From assembly GCA_017545535.1 (NCBI GenBank), contig JAFWMS010000033.1, forward strand, positions 41,889-105,888: a DNA stretch of 64,000 bases. The letters are read 5' to 3'. Source of the stretch: Clostridia bacterium (GTDB taxonomy: Bacteria > Bacillota > Clostridia > Christensenellales > CAG-138). A model generated the notes under the pieces. The model ran no database searches and was not told the origin of the DNA. It saw only the letters and a program-made list of their open reading frames with translations. Of this stretch, positions 50,941-59,976 are shown piece after piece. Position 1 is the stretch's first letter. Each line of letters starts with the position of its first letter. Position numbers and translations under genes: made by a program.

Positions 50941-52281
50941 TTATCCGTTATAACTGTCCAGAGCCTTCCAGAGCTTGATGCTCTCCTCCATGGTGTGGGC
51001 ATTGACGGCTTCCTCATCGATGCCCACCAGCTTTCGATCCTGCATGAGGATGCGGCCGGCGCACATGGTGAACTCGCACTGCCGCCCCGTCATGCCGAAG
51101 ATCATATGGCCGTCGATGTTGTTGCCGGAGAAGGGAGAGAAGGGCTTGTAGTCCATGATGATGATGTCCGCCGCGTAGCCTGGCTTCAGCTGGCCCAGCC
51201 GGTCGGGGAAATACTTGGCGGCGATCTTCGCGTTATTCTCAAAGAGCATCTTCGTCACCTCGCCCCAGGCCACGTTGGGCATGCAGGCGTTGTGCCGCTG
51301 GATGATCAGGCTCACCTTCAGGGCTTCCAGCATGTCGAAGGTGTAGCTGTCCGTACCCATGCCCACGAGAATGCCCTTTTCCATCATCTGGCGGATGGGG
51401 GAGCAGCCCACGGCGTTGCCCATGTTGGATTCTGCGTTGTTGCAAACCATGGTGTTCGTGTCCCGAAGGATGTCCATCTCGCCGCTGTTCACGTGGATGC
51501 AGTGGCCCAGCATGGTCTTTTCACCCAGGATGCCGTTGTTCAGGAGCCGGTTCACGGGCCGGGTGCCGTAGTTCAGGGCGGAATCGTACACGTCGTTGAG
51601 CCCCTCGGACACATGGATGTGATAGCCCGTGCGGCCGTTGTTGGCCTTCTGCATCTTCTCGAAGGTCCTGTCCGAGATGGTGAACAGGGCGTGGCCGCCG
51701 AACATGGCCGCGATCATGGGATCGGGGTCCTTCTCACAGTGGGCGATGAAGTTGGCATTCTCCTCGATGGCCTCGTCACACTTCTTTTCCCCGTCCCGCT
51801 CGGACACCTCGTAGCAGAGACAGGCCCGGATGCCCAGCTCCTTGGCCACCTGCTCGATCTCAAAGAGGGAGCCGGTGATGGCCTTGTAGCTGGCGTGGTG
51901 ATCGAAGAGGGTGGTGCAGCCCGTTTTGATGCTGTCGATAATGGTGGTATAGGCGCTGGCCCGGGTGCCCGCCAGGGTCAGATTCCGGTCCATAGCCCAC
52001 CATTGCCCGTCCAGGATCTCATAGAAATTGGTGGGGTTGAAGCCTTTGATGGACAGGCCCCTGGCCAGGGCGCTGTAGATGTGGGAGTGGACGTTGATAA
52101 AGGCGGGCATGATGACGCCGCCCTTGGCGTCCACCCGCCGGGCGTTGGGGTAGGCTGCCTCCAGCTCCGCCCGGGGCCCGATGGCCTGGATCAGCCGGCC
52201 TTCCACCAGCACCGCTCCATCGGCAAGATAGGGGCAGTCCCTGTCCCTGGTGATGACCTTTCCGTTGGTAATGAGTATCAT
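50941..52281 (-). CDS. ssnA: SsnA-type amidohydrolase
   Basis: ATG at 52281 after AAGGAGG. MILITNGKVITRD..., metal motif FINVHSHIY, HCIH, GTDS. 446 aa, adjacent to ygfK as in E. coli. Confidence 0.8.
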   Translation of the reverse strand: MILITNGKVITRDRDCPYLADGAVLVEGRLIQAIGPRAELEAAYPNARRVDAKGGVIMPAFINVHSHIYSALARGLSIKGFNPTNFYEILDGQWWAMDRNLTLAGTRASAYTTIIDSIKTGCTTLFDHHASYKAITGSLFEIEQVAKELGIRACLCYEVSERDGEKKCDEAIEENANFIAHCEKDPDPMIAAMFGGHALFTISDRTFEKMQKANNGRTGYHIHVSEGLNDVYDSALNYGTRPVNRLLNNGILGEKTMLGHCIHVNSGEMDILRDTNTMVCNNAESNMGNAVGCSPIRQMMEKGILVGMGTDSYTFDMLEALKVSLIIQRHNACMPNVAWGEVTKMLFENNAKIAAKYFPDRLGQLKPGYAADIIIMDYKPFSPFSGNNIDGHMIFGMTGRQCEFTMCAGRILMQDRKLVGIDEEAVNAHTMEESIKLWKALDSYNG

Positions 52282-52305
52282 GACAGCCTCCTTTATTCGT
52301 GTTCT

Positions 52306-52348
52306 ATAAAAACAGCGCGGATCAAACCAAAGGTTTGACAGCCCGCGC
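52306..52348 (-). terminator. terminator-like hairpin inside the 5' leader of the ssnA operon (attenuator candidate)
   Basis: On the minus strand: GCGCGG-gctgt-CAAACC-ttt-GGTTTG-at-CCGCGC followed by TGTTTTTAT. It ends 24 nt before the ssnA ATG. Confidence 0.55.
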
Positions 52349-52381
52349 GCGAAGCACTCCCTTACAGCCGTAAAATTATTC

Positions 52382-52410
52382 ATTTTATGTGCATAGTTTA
52401 CCACAAGCAA
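52382..52410 (-). promoter_or_regulatory. candidate sigma-A promoter of the ssnA operon (TTGCTT-17-TAAAAT)
   Basis: Minus-strand hexamers at 52410-52405 and 52387-52382. Predicts a leader of about 95 nt. Confidence 0.4.
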
Positions 52411-52480
52411 GCCTAAAATTCAAGTCATGCCGGAGAAACAAAAATATTTTTGGTTACCCTAAAAATATTTGGATTTTGCA

Positions 52481-52508
52481 TTGCATTTCCCTGCAGGTGT
52501 GTTATACT
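52481..52508 (+). promoter_or_regulatory. candidate promoter of the ygeY operon (TTGCAT-16-TATACT with TGT extension)
   Basis: Hexamers at 52481-52486 and 52503-52508, 30 nt upstream of the ATG at 52538. Confidence 0.45.
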
Positions 52509-52537
52509 GCAAGTGAGAAAAAAGGCAGGAGGTTTCT

Positions 52538-53914
52538 ATGGATTACACAAAGATCAAAGAAGCGGCCCAGGCGTATCTGCCGGCCATGACCAAGTTTCTC
52601 CGGGACCTGATCGCCATCCCCAGCGAAAGCTGCGAAGAGGAAGGCGTGATGAAGCGCACCATCCAGGAGATGGAAGCGCTGGGCTTTGACAAGGCCGAGA
52701 TCGACCCTGAGGGCAACGCCCTCGGCTGGATGGGCCAGGGTGAAAAAATCATCGCCTTTGACGGCCACATCGACACCGTTGGCATCGGCAATATCGCCAA
52801 CTGGGAGCACGACCCCTATCAGGGCTACGAGACCGACGACATCATCTACGGCCGCGGCGGCTCCGACCAGGAGGGCGGCGTGGTTTCCGCCGTCTATGGC
52901 GCCAAGATCATGAAGGAGCTGAACCTCATTCCCGAGGGATATAAGATCCTGGTGGTGGCCTCCGTGCAGGAGGAGGACTGCGACGGCCTCTGCTGGCAGT
53001 ATATCCATAAGGAAGACGGCATCACCCCCGAGTTCGTGGTCTCCACCGAGCCCACCGACGGCGGCATCTACCGTGGCCATCGGGGCCGCATGGAGATCCG
53101 GGTGGACGTCCATGGCGTCTCCTGCCACGGTTCCGCACCCGAGCGGGGCGACAACGCCATCTATAAGATGGCCGACATCCTTCAGGATGTGCGCGCCCTC
53201 AACGAGAACACCGCCACTGACGCCGACGAGATCAAGGGTCTCGTGAAGATGCTGGATCCCAAGTACAATCCTGAGCATTACGAGGACGCCCGCTTCCTGG
53301 GCCGGGGCACCATCACCGCTTCCCAGATCTTCTACACCTCGCCCTCCCGCTGCGCCGTGGCCGATTCCTGCGCCGTATCCCTGGATCGCCGCATGACCGC
53401 CGGCGAAACCTGGGATTCCTGCCTGGAGGAGATCCGGAACCTTCCTGCCTGCAAGAAGTACGCCAAGGACGTAAAGGTCTCCATGTACATGTACGACCGG
53501 CCCGCCTGGACCGGCCTTAAGTATGAGACCGAGTGCTATTTCCCCACCTGGATCAACAAGGAGACTGCCGCCCACGTGCAGGCCCTCGCGGACGCCCACA
53601 AGGCCCTCTTTGGGGAGGAGCGCGTTGGCTCCGAAAGCGCCATGCACCTTAGGCATCGTCCCCTCATCGACAAGTGGACCTTCTCCACCAACGGCGTGTC
53701 CATCCAAGGCCGCTACGGCATCCCCTGCGTGGGCTTCGGCCCTGGTGCCGAGTCACAGGCCCATGCGCCCAACGAGATCACCTGGAAGCAGGATCTGGTC
53801 ACCTGCGCCGCCCTCTATGCAGCGGTGCCCATGAACTATCATCCCGAGAACGCTACCGGCGACGTGACCGTCTTCCGGGCCGGCAAGACCGACACCAAGT
53901 TCGCCAACGACTAA
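52538..53914 (+). CDS. ygeY: YgeY-type M20-family selenium-metabolism-linked hydrolase
   Basis: M20 peptidase motifs ([24 protein letters not shown]). N-terminus resembles YgeY. Next to ygeW. Confidence 0.8.
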   Translation: MDYTKIKEAAQAYLPAMTKFLRDLIAIPSESCEEEGVMKRTIQEMEALGFDKAEIDPEGNALGWMGQGEKIIAFDGHIDTVGIGNIANWEHDPYQGYETDDIIYGRGGSDQEGGVVSAVYGAKIMKELNLIPEGYKILVVASVQEEDCDGLCWQYIHKEDGITPEFVVSTEPTDGGIYRGHRGRMEIRVDVHGVSCHGSAPERGDNAIYKMADILQDVRALNENTATDADEIKGLVKMLDPKYNPEHYEDARFLGRGTITASQIFYTSPSRCAVADSCAVSLDRRMTAGETWDSCLEEIRNLPACKKYAKDVKVSMYMYDRPAWTGLKYETECYFPTWINKETAAHVQALADAHKALFGEERVGSESAMHLRHRPLIDKWTFSTNGVSIQGRYGIPCVGFGPGAESQAHAPNEITWKQDLVTCAALYAAVPMNYHPENATGDVTVFRAGKTDTKFAND

Positions 53915-53950
53915 GCATTTTTTCTAAAATACATTATATCAGGAGGCATC

Positions 53951-55165
53951 ATGAGCAACGTCAAAAAGTACACCGACAAACTGAACCAGTTGAAGTTCGA
54001 CAACATGTACAATGGCGACTTTTTCCTGACCTGGGAAAAGACCGACGACGAGATCGCGGCAGTGTTCACCGTGGCCGACGCCCTGCGTCATCTACGGGAG
54101 AACAACATCTCCACCAAGATCTTTGACTCCGGCCTGGGCATCTCCCTGTTCCGCGACAACTCCACCCGCACCCGTTTCTCCTTCGCCTCCGCCTGCAACC
54201 TGCTGGGCATCGAGGTCCAGGATCTGGACGAGGGCAAGAGCCAGATCGCTCATGGCGAGACCGTCCGGGAGACCGCCAACATGATCTCCTTCATGGCGGA
54301 CGTCATCGGCATCCGGGACGACATGTACATCGGCAAGGGCAACACCTACATGCACAACGTGGTGAACGCCGTCACCGAGGGCAACAAGGCGGGCGTTCTC
54401 GAGCAGAAGCCCACGCTGGTCAACCTCCAGTGCGACATCGACCATCCCACTCAGTGCATGGCGGACATGCTCCACTGCATCCATACCTTGGGCGGCAGCG
54501 ACGACCTTGACGAGGCCATCAAGAACCTGAAGGGCAAAAAGGTGGCCATGACCTGGGCCTACAGCCCCTCTTACGGCAAGCCTCTGTCCGTGCCTCAGGG
54601 CGTGGCGGGCCTGTTCACCCGGTTCGGCATGGACGTGACCCTCGCGTATCCCGAGGGCTATGAGATCATGGACGACGTGGTGAAGGTGGCGGAGGAGAAC
54701 TGCAAAAAGTCCGGTGCCAAGTTCACCATCACCCACGACATGAAGGAAGCCTTCAAGGACGCGGACATCGTCTATCCCAAGTCCTGGGCCCCCTTCAAGG
54801 CCATGGAGGAGCGGACTGAGCTTTACGGGAACGGCGATCTCGAGGGCATCAAGGCCCTGGAAAAGCGGCTCCTGGCTCAGAACGCGGAGCACAAGGACTG
54901 GGAGTGCACCGAGGAGATGATGAAGCTCACGAAGGACGGCAAGGCCCTGTACCTCCACTGCCTGCCTGCGGACATCACCGACGTCTCCTGCGAGGCCGGC
55001 GAAGTGGCCGCCTCCGTCTTCGATCGCTATCGCGATCCCCTCTACAAGCAGGCCTCCTTCAAGCCTTACATCATCGCGGCTATGATCTTCCTCGCCAAGG
55101 TGAAGGACCCCGCCGCCAAGCTCTTGGAGCTGGAACAGAAGAGCACCCCCCGCTGGAACGCATAA
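53951..55165 (+). CDS. ygeW: YgeW-type knotted carbamoyltransferase
   Basis: STRTRFSF carbamoyl-phosphate motif, HPTQ, HCLP. Extended N-terminus (FFLTWEKTDDEI) typical of YgeW rather than OTC/ATC. Confidence 0.8.
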   Translation: MSNVKKYTDKLNQLKFDNMYNGDFFLTWEKTDDEIAAVFTVADALRHLRENNISTKIFDSGLGISLFRDNSTRTRFSFASACNLLGIEVQDLDEGKSQIAHGETVRETANMISFMADVIGIRDDMYIGKGNTYMHNVVNAVTEGNKAGVLEQKPTLVNLQCDIDHPTQCMADMLHCIHTLGGSDDLDEAIKNLKGKKVAMTWAYSPSYGKPLSVPQGVAGLFTRFGMDVTLAYPEGYEIMDDVVKVAEENCKKSGAKFTITHDMKEAFKDADIVYPKSWAPFKAMEERTELYGNGDLEGIKALEKRLLAQNAEHKDWECTEEMMKLTKDGKALYLHCLPADITDVSCEAGEVAASVFDRYRDPLYKQASFKPYIIAAMIFLAKVKDPAAKLLELEQKSTPRWNA

Positions 55166-55189
55166 TGAATTTCTGAAAGGAATACGAAT

Positions 55190-56662
55190 ATGATCGATCT
55201 TACCATCCATCCGGAAGCTTTGGAGCGGAACATTGAAGTCGCTCGCAAGAACCACATCATCCTGCCCACCTTCGAGCAGATGAAGCACCCCGAATTGGTC
55301 CCTGAGAAGGTGAAAGAAGCGTTGAAGAACGTGGGCCTTTGGGACGTGAACCCCCTGAACCTGTTCCGCATCACCTGGCACAACGAGCCCGTCATGGACG
55401 GCGGCCAGTACGGCCCCGTGAATTTCATCGAGCTGCCCAGCTCCCTCACCGGCGTCAAGGCCCGGATCATCTGCCTCATCGGCAAGTGGTTCCCCACGGG
55501 CTGCCACAAGGTGGGCGCCTCCTACGGCTGCCTGGTGCCCCGCTTGGTCACCGGTCAGTTCGACGCCACCTACAACAAGGCCGTTTGGCCCTCCACCGGC
55601 AACTACTGCCGGGGCGGCGCCTTCAACAGCAAGCTCCTGGCCTGTGACAGCGTGGCCATTCTGCCCGCCGAGATGAGCAAGGAGCGGTTCGACTGGCTCT
55701 CCAACATCGCCGGCGAAGTCATCGCCACCCCCGGCTGCGAGAGCAACGTGAAGGAGATCTTCGACAAGACCTGGGAGCTGCGCCGCACCCGGGACGATGT
55801 GGTCATCTTCAACCAGTTCGAAGAGATGGGCAACTGCATCTGGCACTATCAGGTCACCGGCAACGCCATCGCCGAAGCCTTTGAAAGCATCAAGGGCGAG
55901 GGCGACCGTCTGGCGGGCGCCTGCTTCACCAGCGGTTCCGCCGGCACCATGAGCGCGGGCGACCTGTTGAAGGAGAAGTACCCCCATCTGAAGCTGGCCG
56001 TGGGCGAGGCGCTCCAGTGCCCCACCCTCCTGGAGAACGGCTTCGGCGGTCACCGCATCGAGGGCATCGGCGACAAGCACGTGCCCTGGATCCACAACGT
56101 GAAGAACACCGACATGGTCATCGACATCGACGACGACGATTCCCAGAACCTGCTGCGTCTCTTCAACAGCGAGGAGGGCAAAAAGTATCTGGTGGAGGAG
56201 GCAGGCGTTCCCGCCAAGACCGTGGAGCAGCTGTCCCTCATGGGCATCTCCGGCATCGCCAACATGCTTTGCTGCATCAAGATGGCCAAGTATTATGAGC
56301 TCACCGAGCATGACGTGGTGGCCACCGTCTGCACCGACTCCGCCATCATGTACGAGAGCCGCATCAAGGAGCTGGACGAGCAGCAGGGCGCCTATTCCGA
56401 GCTGGCCGCGGCCTACGACTTTGCCAAGCATCTGCAGGGCGTCCGCACCGACGCCATGCTGGAGCTCTCTTACCAGGATCGCAAGCGCATCCACAACCTG
56501 AAGTACTACACCTGGGTGGAGCAGCAGGGCAAGACCTACGAGGAGATCAACCAGCAGTGGTATGATGAGCATTACTGGACCGACATGCACGAGCAGGCGG
56601 CGGATCTGGACAAGCTCATCAACGCCTTCAACGAGAAGACCGGCGTGCTGGCCGAGCTGTAA
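55190..56662 (+). CDS. long (490-aa) fold-type II (tryptophan-synthase-beta-like) PLP-dependent enzyme, specificity unknown
   Basis: Candidate Schiff-base Lys in FPTGCHKVGASY, STGNYCRGGA and SGSAGT loops in the usual order. N- and C-terminal extensions are not seen in CysK/DpaL. Confidence 0.6.
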   Translation: MIDLTIHPEALERNIEVARKNHIILPTFEQMKHPELVPEKVKEALKNVGLWDVNPLNLFRITWHNEPVMDGGQYGPVNFIELPSSLTGVKARIICLIGKWFPTGCHKVGASYGCLVPRLVTGQFDATYNKAVWPSTGNYCRGGAFNSKLLACDSVAILPAEMSKERFDWLSNIAGEVIATPGCESNVKEIFDKTWELRRTRDDVVIFNQFEEMGNCIWHYQVTGNAIAEAFESIKGEGDRLAGACFTSGSAGTMSAGDLLKEKYPHLKLAVGEALQCPTLLENGFGGHRIEGIGDKHVPWIHNVKNTDMVIDIDDDDSQNLLRLFNSEEGKKYLVEEAGVPAKTVEQLSLMGISGIANMLCCIKMAKYYELTEHDVVATVCTDSAIMYESRIKELDEQQGAYSELAAAYDFAKHLQGVRTDAMLELSYQDRKRIHNLKYYTWVEQQGKTYEEINQQWYDEHYWTDMHEQAADLDKLINAFNEKTGVLAEL

Positions 56663-56667
56663 GGGCC

Positions 56668-57906
56668 ATGAAGCGGGTTTTAGGCTATCGCTGCACCATC
56701 TGCGGCCGGGAGTTCTCCTTTGAGCCGGAGCGGTACACCTGCCCTCACTGTGGGGAAAAGGGGATTCTGGACATCGTCTATGACTATGGCGAGGTGAGGA
56801 AGGTCCTGACCCGGGAGACCCTGGCGCAGAACCGGGACAACAGCATGTGGCGGTATCGGGCCCTCATGCCCGTGGCGGACACCACGGACGTGAGCCGCTT
56901 CCTCCGCATCGGCTGGTCCCCCCTCTACGAATCGAAGAAGCTCCGGGATGAACTGGGCGTCAAGGCCTTGTTCATCAAGGACGACGGCATCAACCCCACC
57001 GCTTCTTTGAAGGACCGGGCGTCGGGGGTGGCTGTGGCTAAGGCCATCGAGCTGGGCTACGACACCATCTCCTGTTCCTCCACCGGCAACGCGGCCTCCT
57101 CCTGCGCGGGGAGCGCCGCCCGGATGGGCCTTAAAGCGGTCATTTTCGTGCCCAAGCGGGCCCCCCAGGGGAAGGTGGCACAGCTCATGATCTTCGGCGC
57201 CAAACTGGTCGTGGTGGATGGGGACTATGAGCAGACCTTCGAGCTCAGCCGCGCCGCCATCGAGAAGTACGGCTGGTACAACCGGAACGCGGGCATCAAC
57301 CCCGTCATGAGCGAGGGGAAAAAGACCGTGGCCATGGAAATCGCCGAACAGCTCCATTTCAACGTGACCGACTGGGTGGCCTGCTCCGTGGGAGACGGCT
57401 GCACCATCGGCGGCGTGTACACCGGCTTCAAGGATCTCTACGAGCTGGGCCTCATCGACAGGATCCCCCGGATCCTGGGCGTCCAGTCCACAGGCTGCTG
57501 CCCCTTTGTCAACGCTGACAAGGTGCCGGGCCACGAGCTGGTCCCCACCCCGGAGGAGACGCTGGCCGACTCCATCTCCGTGGGCGTGCCCCGGAACCCG
57601 AAGAAGGCCCAGCGGGCGGTCTACGATTCGGATGGCCGCTGGATCGCCGTCTCCGACGACGATATCCTGAACGCCATGCGGCTCCTGGGCCGGAACGAGG
57701 GCGTGTTCTCCGAGCCCGCCGGCGCCACCGCCACGGCAGGCGTAAAGGCTGCCATCGAGCAGGGGATCATCCGCTCCACCGAAACCGTCACCGTCATCAG
57801 CACGGGCAGCGGCCTCAAGGACACGGCAAATGCCTTAAAGGCGGCCGGAAAACCATATATTTGTGCGCCAACACTGGACGCGCTGGAAAAAAGTGGTATA
57901 CTTTAA
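56668..57906 (+). CDS. threonine-synthase-like fold-type II PLP enzyme with N-terminal zinc ribbon
   Basis: CTICGREF..CPHCGEKG ribbon, PTASLKDRAS Lys motif, SSTGNAASS, SVGDGCT. 412 aa. Confidence 0.7.
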   Translation: MKRVLGYRCTICGREFSFEPERYTCPHCGEKGILDIVYDYGEVRKVLTRETLAQNRDNSMWRYRALMPVADTTDVSRFLRIGWSPLYESKKLRDELGVKALFIKDDGINPTASLKDRASGVAVAKAIELGYDTISCSSTGNAASSCAGSAARMGLKAVIFVPKRAPQGKVAQLMIFGAKLVVVDGDYEQTFELSRAAIEKYGWYNRNAGINPVMSEGKKTVAMEIAEQLHFNVTDWVACSVGDGCTIGGVYTGFKDLYELGLIDRIPRILGVQSTGCCPFVNADKVPGHELVPTPEETLADSISVGVPRNPKKAQRAVYDSDGRWIAVSDDDILNAMRLLGRNEGVFSEPAGATATAGVKAAIEQGIIRSTETVTVISTGSGLKDTANALKAAGKPYICAPTLDALEKSGIL

Positions 57907-57937
57907 TTTGGTACAAAAAAATACAGGAGGTCTTATC

Positions 57938-59026
57938 ATGAAATACGGTCGTGTGTATAACTTTTCTGCCGGTCCCGCCATCATGCCGGAACCTGTCCTG
58001 GAGGAGATCCGGGACGAGATGATGAACTACCGCGGAAGCGGCATGTGCGTCATGGAAATGTCCCACCGGTCCAAGGTCTATCAGCAGATCATCGACGAGG
58101 CTGAGGCGGACCTGCGCACCCTGATGAATATCCCCGACAACTACAAGGTCCTCTTTATCCAGGGCGGCGCCACCCTCCAGTTCTCCGCCATCCCCATGAA
58201 CCTGTGTAAGAACGGTGTGTTCGATTACATCGTCACCGGTTCCTGGTCCAAGAAGGCCGCGGCTGAGGCGAAGAAATACGGCAAGGTGAACGTGGTCGCC
58301 TCCAGCGAGGACAAGAACTTCTCCTACATCCCCGACGTGTCCGATCTGCCCATCGACGATGACGCCGACTACGTCTACATCTGCGAGAACGAGACCATCT
58401 ACGGCACCACCTATCAGCAGCTGCCCAACACCAAGGGCAAGATCCTGGTGTCCGACCAGAGCTCTATGTTCCTTTCCAAGCCCTGCAACGTCTCTGACTA
58501 CGGCCTCATCTACGGCGGCGTCCAGAAGAACGTGGGTCCCGCGGGCCTTGCCATCGTGATCATTCGGGAGGACTTGATCCGGGAAGATATCGATCCCAAG
58601 ACCCCCATCTATCTGCGCTATGACACCCACTCCAAGAACGGCAGCATGTACAACACCCCCAACTGCTGGGCCATCTATGTCTGCGGCAAGGTCTTCAAGT
58701 ACCTGCTGAACAACGGCGGCCTCGAGGCCATGGCTAAGAAGAACGAGGAGAAGGCCAAGGTCATGTACGACTTCCTGGATTCCTCCAAGCTGTTCTACGG
58801 CACCGTGGAGAAGAAGGATCGTTCCCTCATGAACGTGCCCTTCATCACCGGCGACAAGGACAAGGATGCGGCGGTGGTCGCTGCCACCAAGGCGGCCGGC
58901 TTCGAGAACCTGAAGGGCCACAAGAGCGTGGGCGGCCTGCGTGCCTCCATCTACAACGCCATGCCCATCGAGGGCGTTCAGGCCCTAGTGGACTTTCTCA
59001 AGAAGTATGAAGCGGAGAACGCGTAA
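57938..59026 (+). CDS. serC: 3-phosphoserine/phosphohydroxythreonine aminotransferase
   Basis: ATG at 57938 after AGGAGG. YNFSAGPAIMPEPVL, FIQGGATLQF, GGVQKNVGPAGL motifs. 362 aa. Confidence 0.9.
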   Translation: MKYGRVYNFSAGPAIMPEPVLEEIRDEMMNYRGSGMCVMEMSHRSKVYQQIIDEAEADLRTLMNIPDNYKVLFIQGGATLQFSAIPMNLCKNGVFDYIVTGSWSKKAAAEAKKYGKVNVVASSEDKNFSYIPDVSDLPIDDDADYVYICENETIYGTTYQQLPNTKGKILVSDQSSMFLSKPCNVSDYGLIYGGVQKNVGPAGLAIVIIREDLIREDIDPKTPIYLRYDTHSKNGSMYNTPNCWAIYVCGKVFKYLLNNGGLEAMAKKNEEKAKVMYDFLDSSKLFYGTVEKKDRSLMNVPFITGDKDKDAAVVAATKAAGFENLKGHKSVGGLRASIYNAMPIEGVQALVDFLKKYEAENA

Positions 59027-59041
59027 GGAGGAACATTCGAA

Positions 59042-59962
59042 ATGATCAAGATTCTTGCGTCTGACGGTATGGAAAAGGGCGCGGTGGCCGCGCTGGAAGC
59101 CAAGGGTTGCCAGGTGGATCAGCAGTTCTATGATCCCGAAGCTCTGAAGGAAGCCGTGAAGAACTACGACGTGCTCGTGGTCCGTTCCGCCACCAAGGTC
59201 CGCGTCCCCCACATCGACGCGGCCAAGGAAGCGGGCAAGCTGAAGCTGGTCATCCGCGGCGGCGTCGGCGTGGACAACATCGACGTGAAGTACGCCGAGG
59301 AGAACGGCATCACCGTCCGCAACACCCCCCGGGCCAGCTCCCAGTCCGTGGCGGAGCTCGCTATGGGCCACATGTTCGCCTGCGCCCGGTTCCTGTCCAT
59401 CGCCGGTCACACCATGCGTGAGGACAAGTGGGAGAAGAAAGCCTACGCCAAGGGCATCGAGCTTCAGGGCAAGACGCTGGGCATCATCGGCTTCGGCCGC
59501 ATCGGCCAGCACCTGGGCGTCATGGCCAAGGCCATCGGCATGAAGGTCGTGGCCTTCGATATCTTCCATATCCCCGGCATCGAGGAGCAGTTGGGCATCA
59601 ACTACGTGGAGATGGACGAGCTCCTCAAGGAGTCTGACTTCATCAGCGTCCATGCCCCCGCGGTGGACGGCGGCGCCATCATCAACGCCGACACCATCGC
59701 CAAGATGAAGGACGGCGTGTGCATCATCAACACCAGCCGCGGCGCCAACCTGGACGAGGACGCCCTCCTGGCCGCCCTGGAGTCCGGCAAGGTCCGGGCC
59801 GCCGGCCTCGACGTGTACGCCTCCGAGCCCGCCCAGAATAAGGCCCTCTACAGCCACCCCATGGTGTCCTGCACGCCCCACATCGGCGCCTCCACGGTGG
59901 AAGCCCAGAAGCGCATCGGCCAGGAGATCGTGGACATCATCACCAAGCAGTTCAACCTGTAA
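59042..59962 (+). CDS. serA: D-3-phosphoglycerate dehydrogenase (short form without ACT domain)
   Basis: 2-hydroxyacid dehydrogenase motifs GIIGFGRIGQ, SRG, TPHIGAST. Follows serC. Confidence 0.8.
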   Translation: MIKILASDGMEKGAVAALEAKGCQVDQQFYDPEALKEAVKNYDVLVVRSATKVRVPHIDAAKEAGKLKLVIRGGVGVDNIDVKYAEENGITVRNTPRASSQSVAELAMGHMFACARFLSIAGHTMREDKWEKKAYAKGIELQGKTLGIIGFGRIGQHLGVMAKAIGMKVVAFDIFHIPGIEEQLGINYVEMDELLKESDFISVHAPAVDGGAIINADTIAKMKDGVCIINTSRGANLDEDALLAALESGKVRAAGLDVYASEPAQNKALYSHPMVSCTPHIGASTVEAQKRIGQEIVDIITKQFNL

Positions 59963-59976
59963 GCTGAACAAACATA

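Noticed and set aside
44917-57906. Selenocysteine (in-frame TGA) recoding in the selenium-linked cluster.
   Set aside because: All ORFs are uninterrupted and full length relative to family expectations. No split ORF pair joined by TGA and no SECIS-like hairpin was noticed. The selenium in this enzyme class is a labile cofactor, not Sec.
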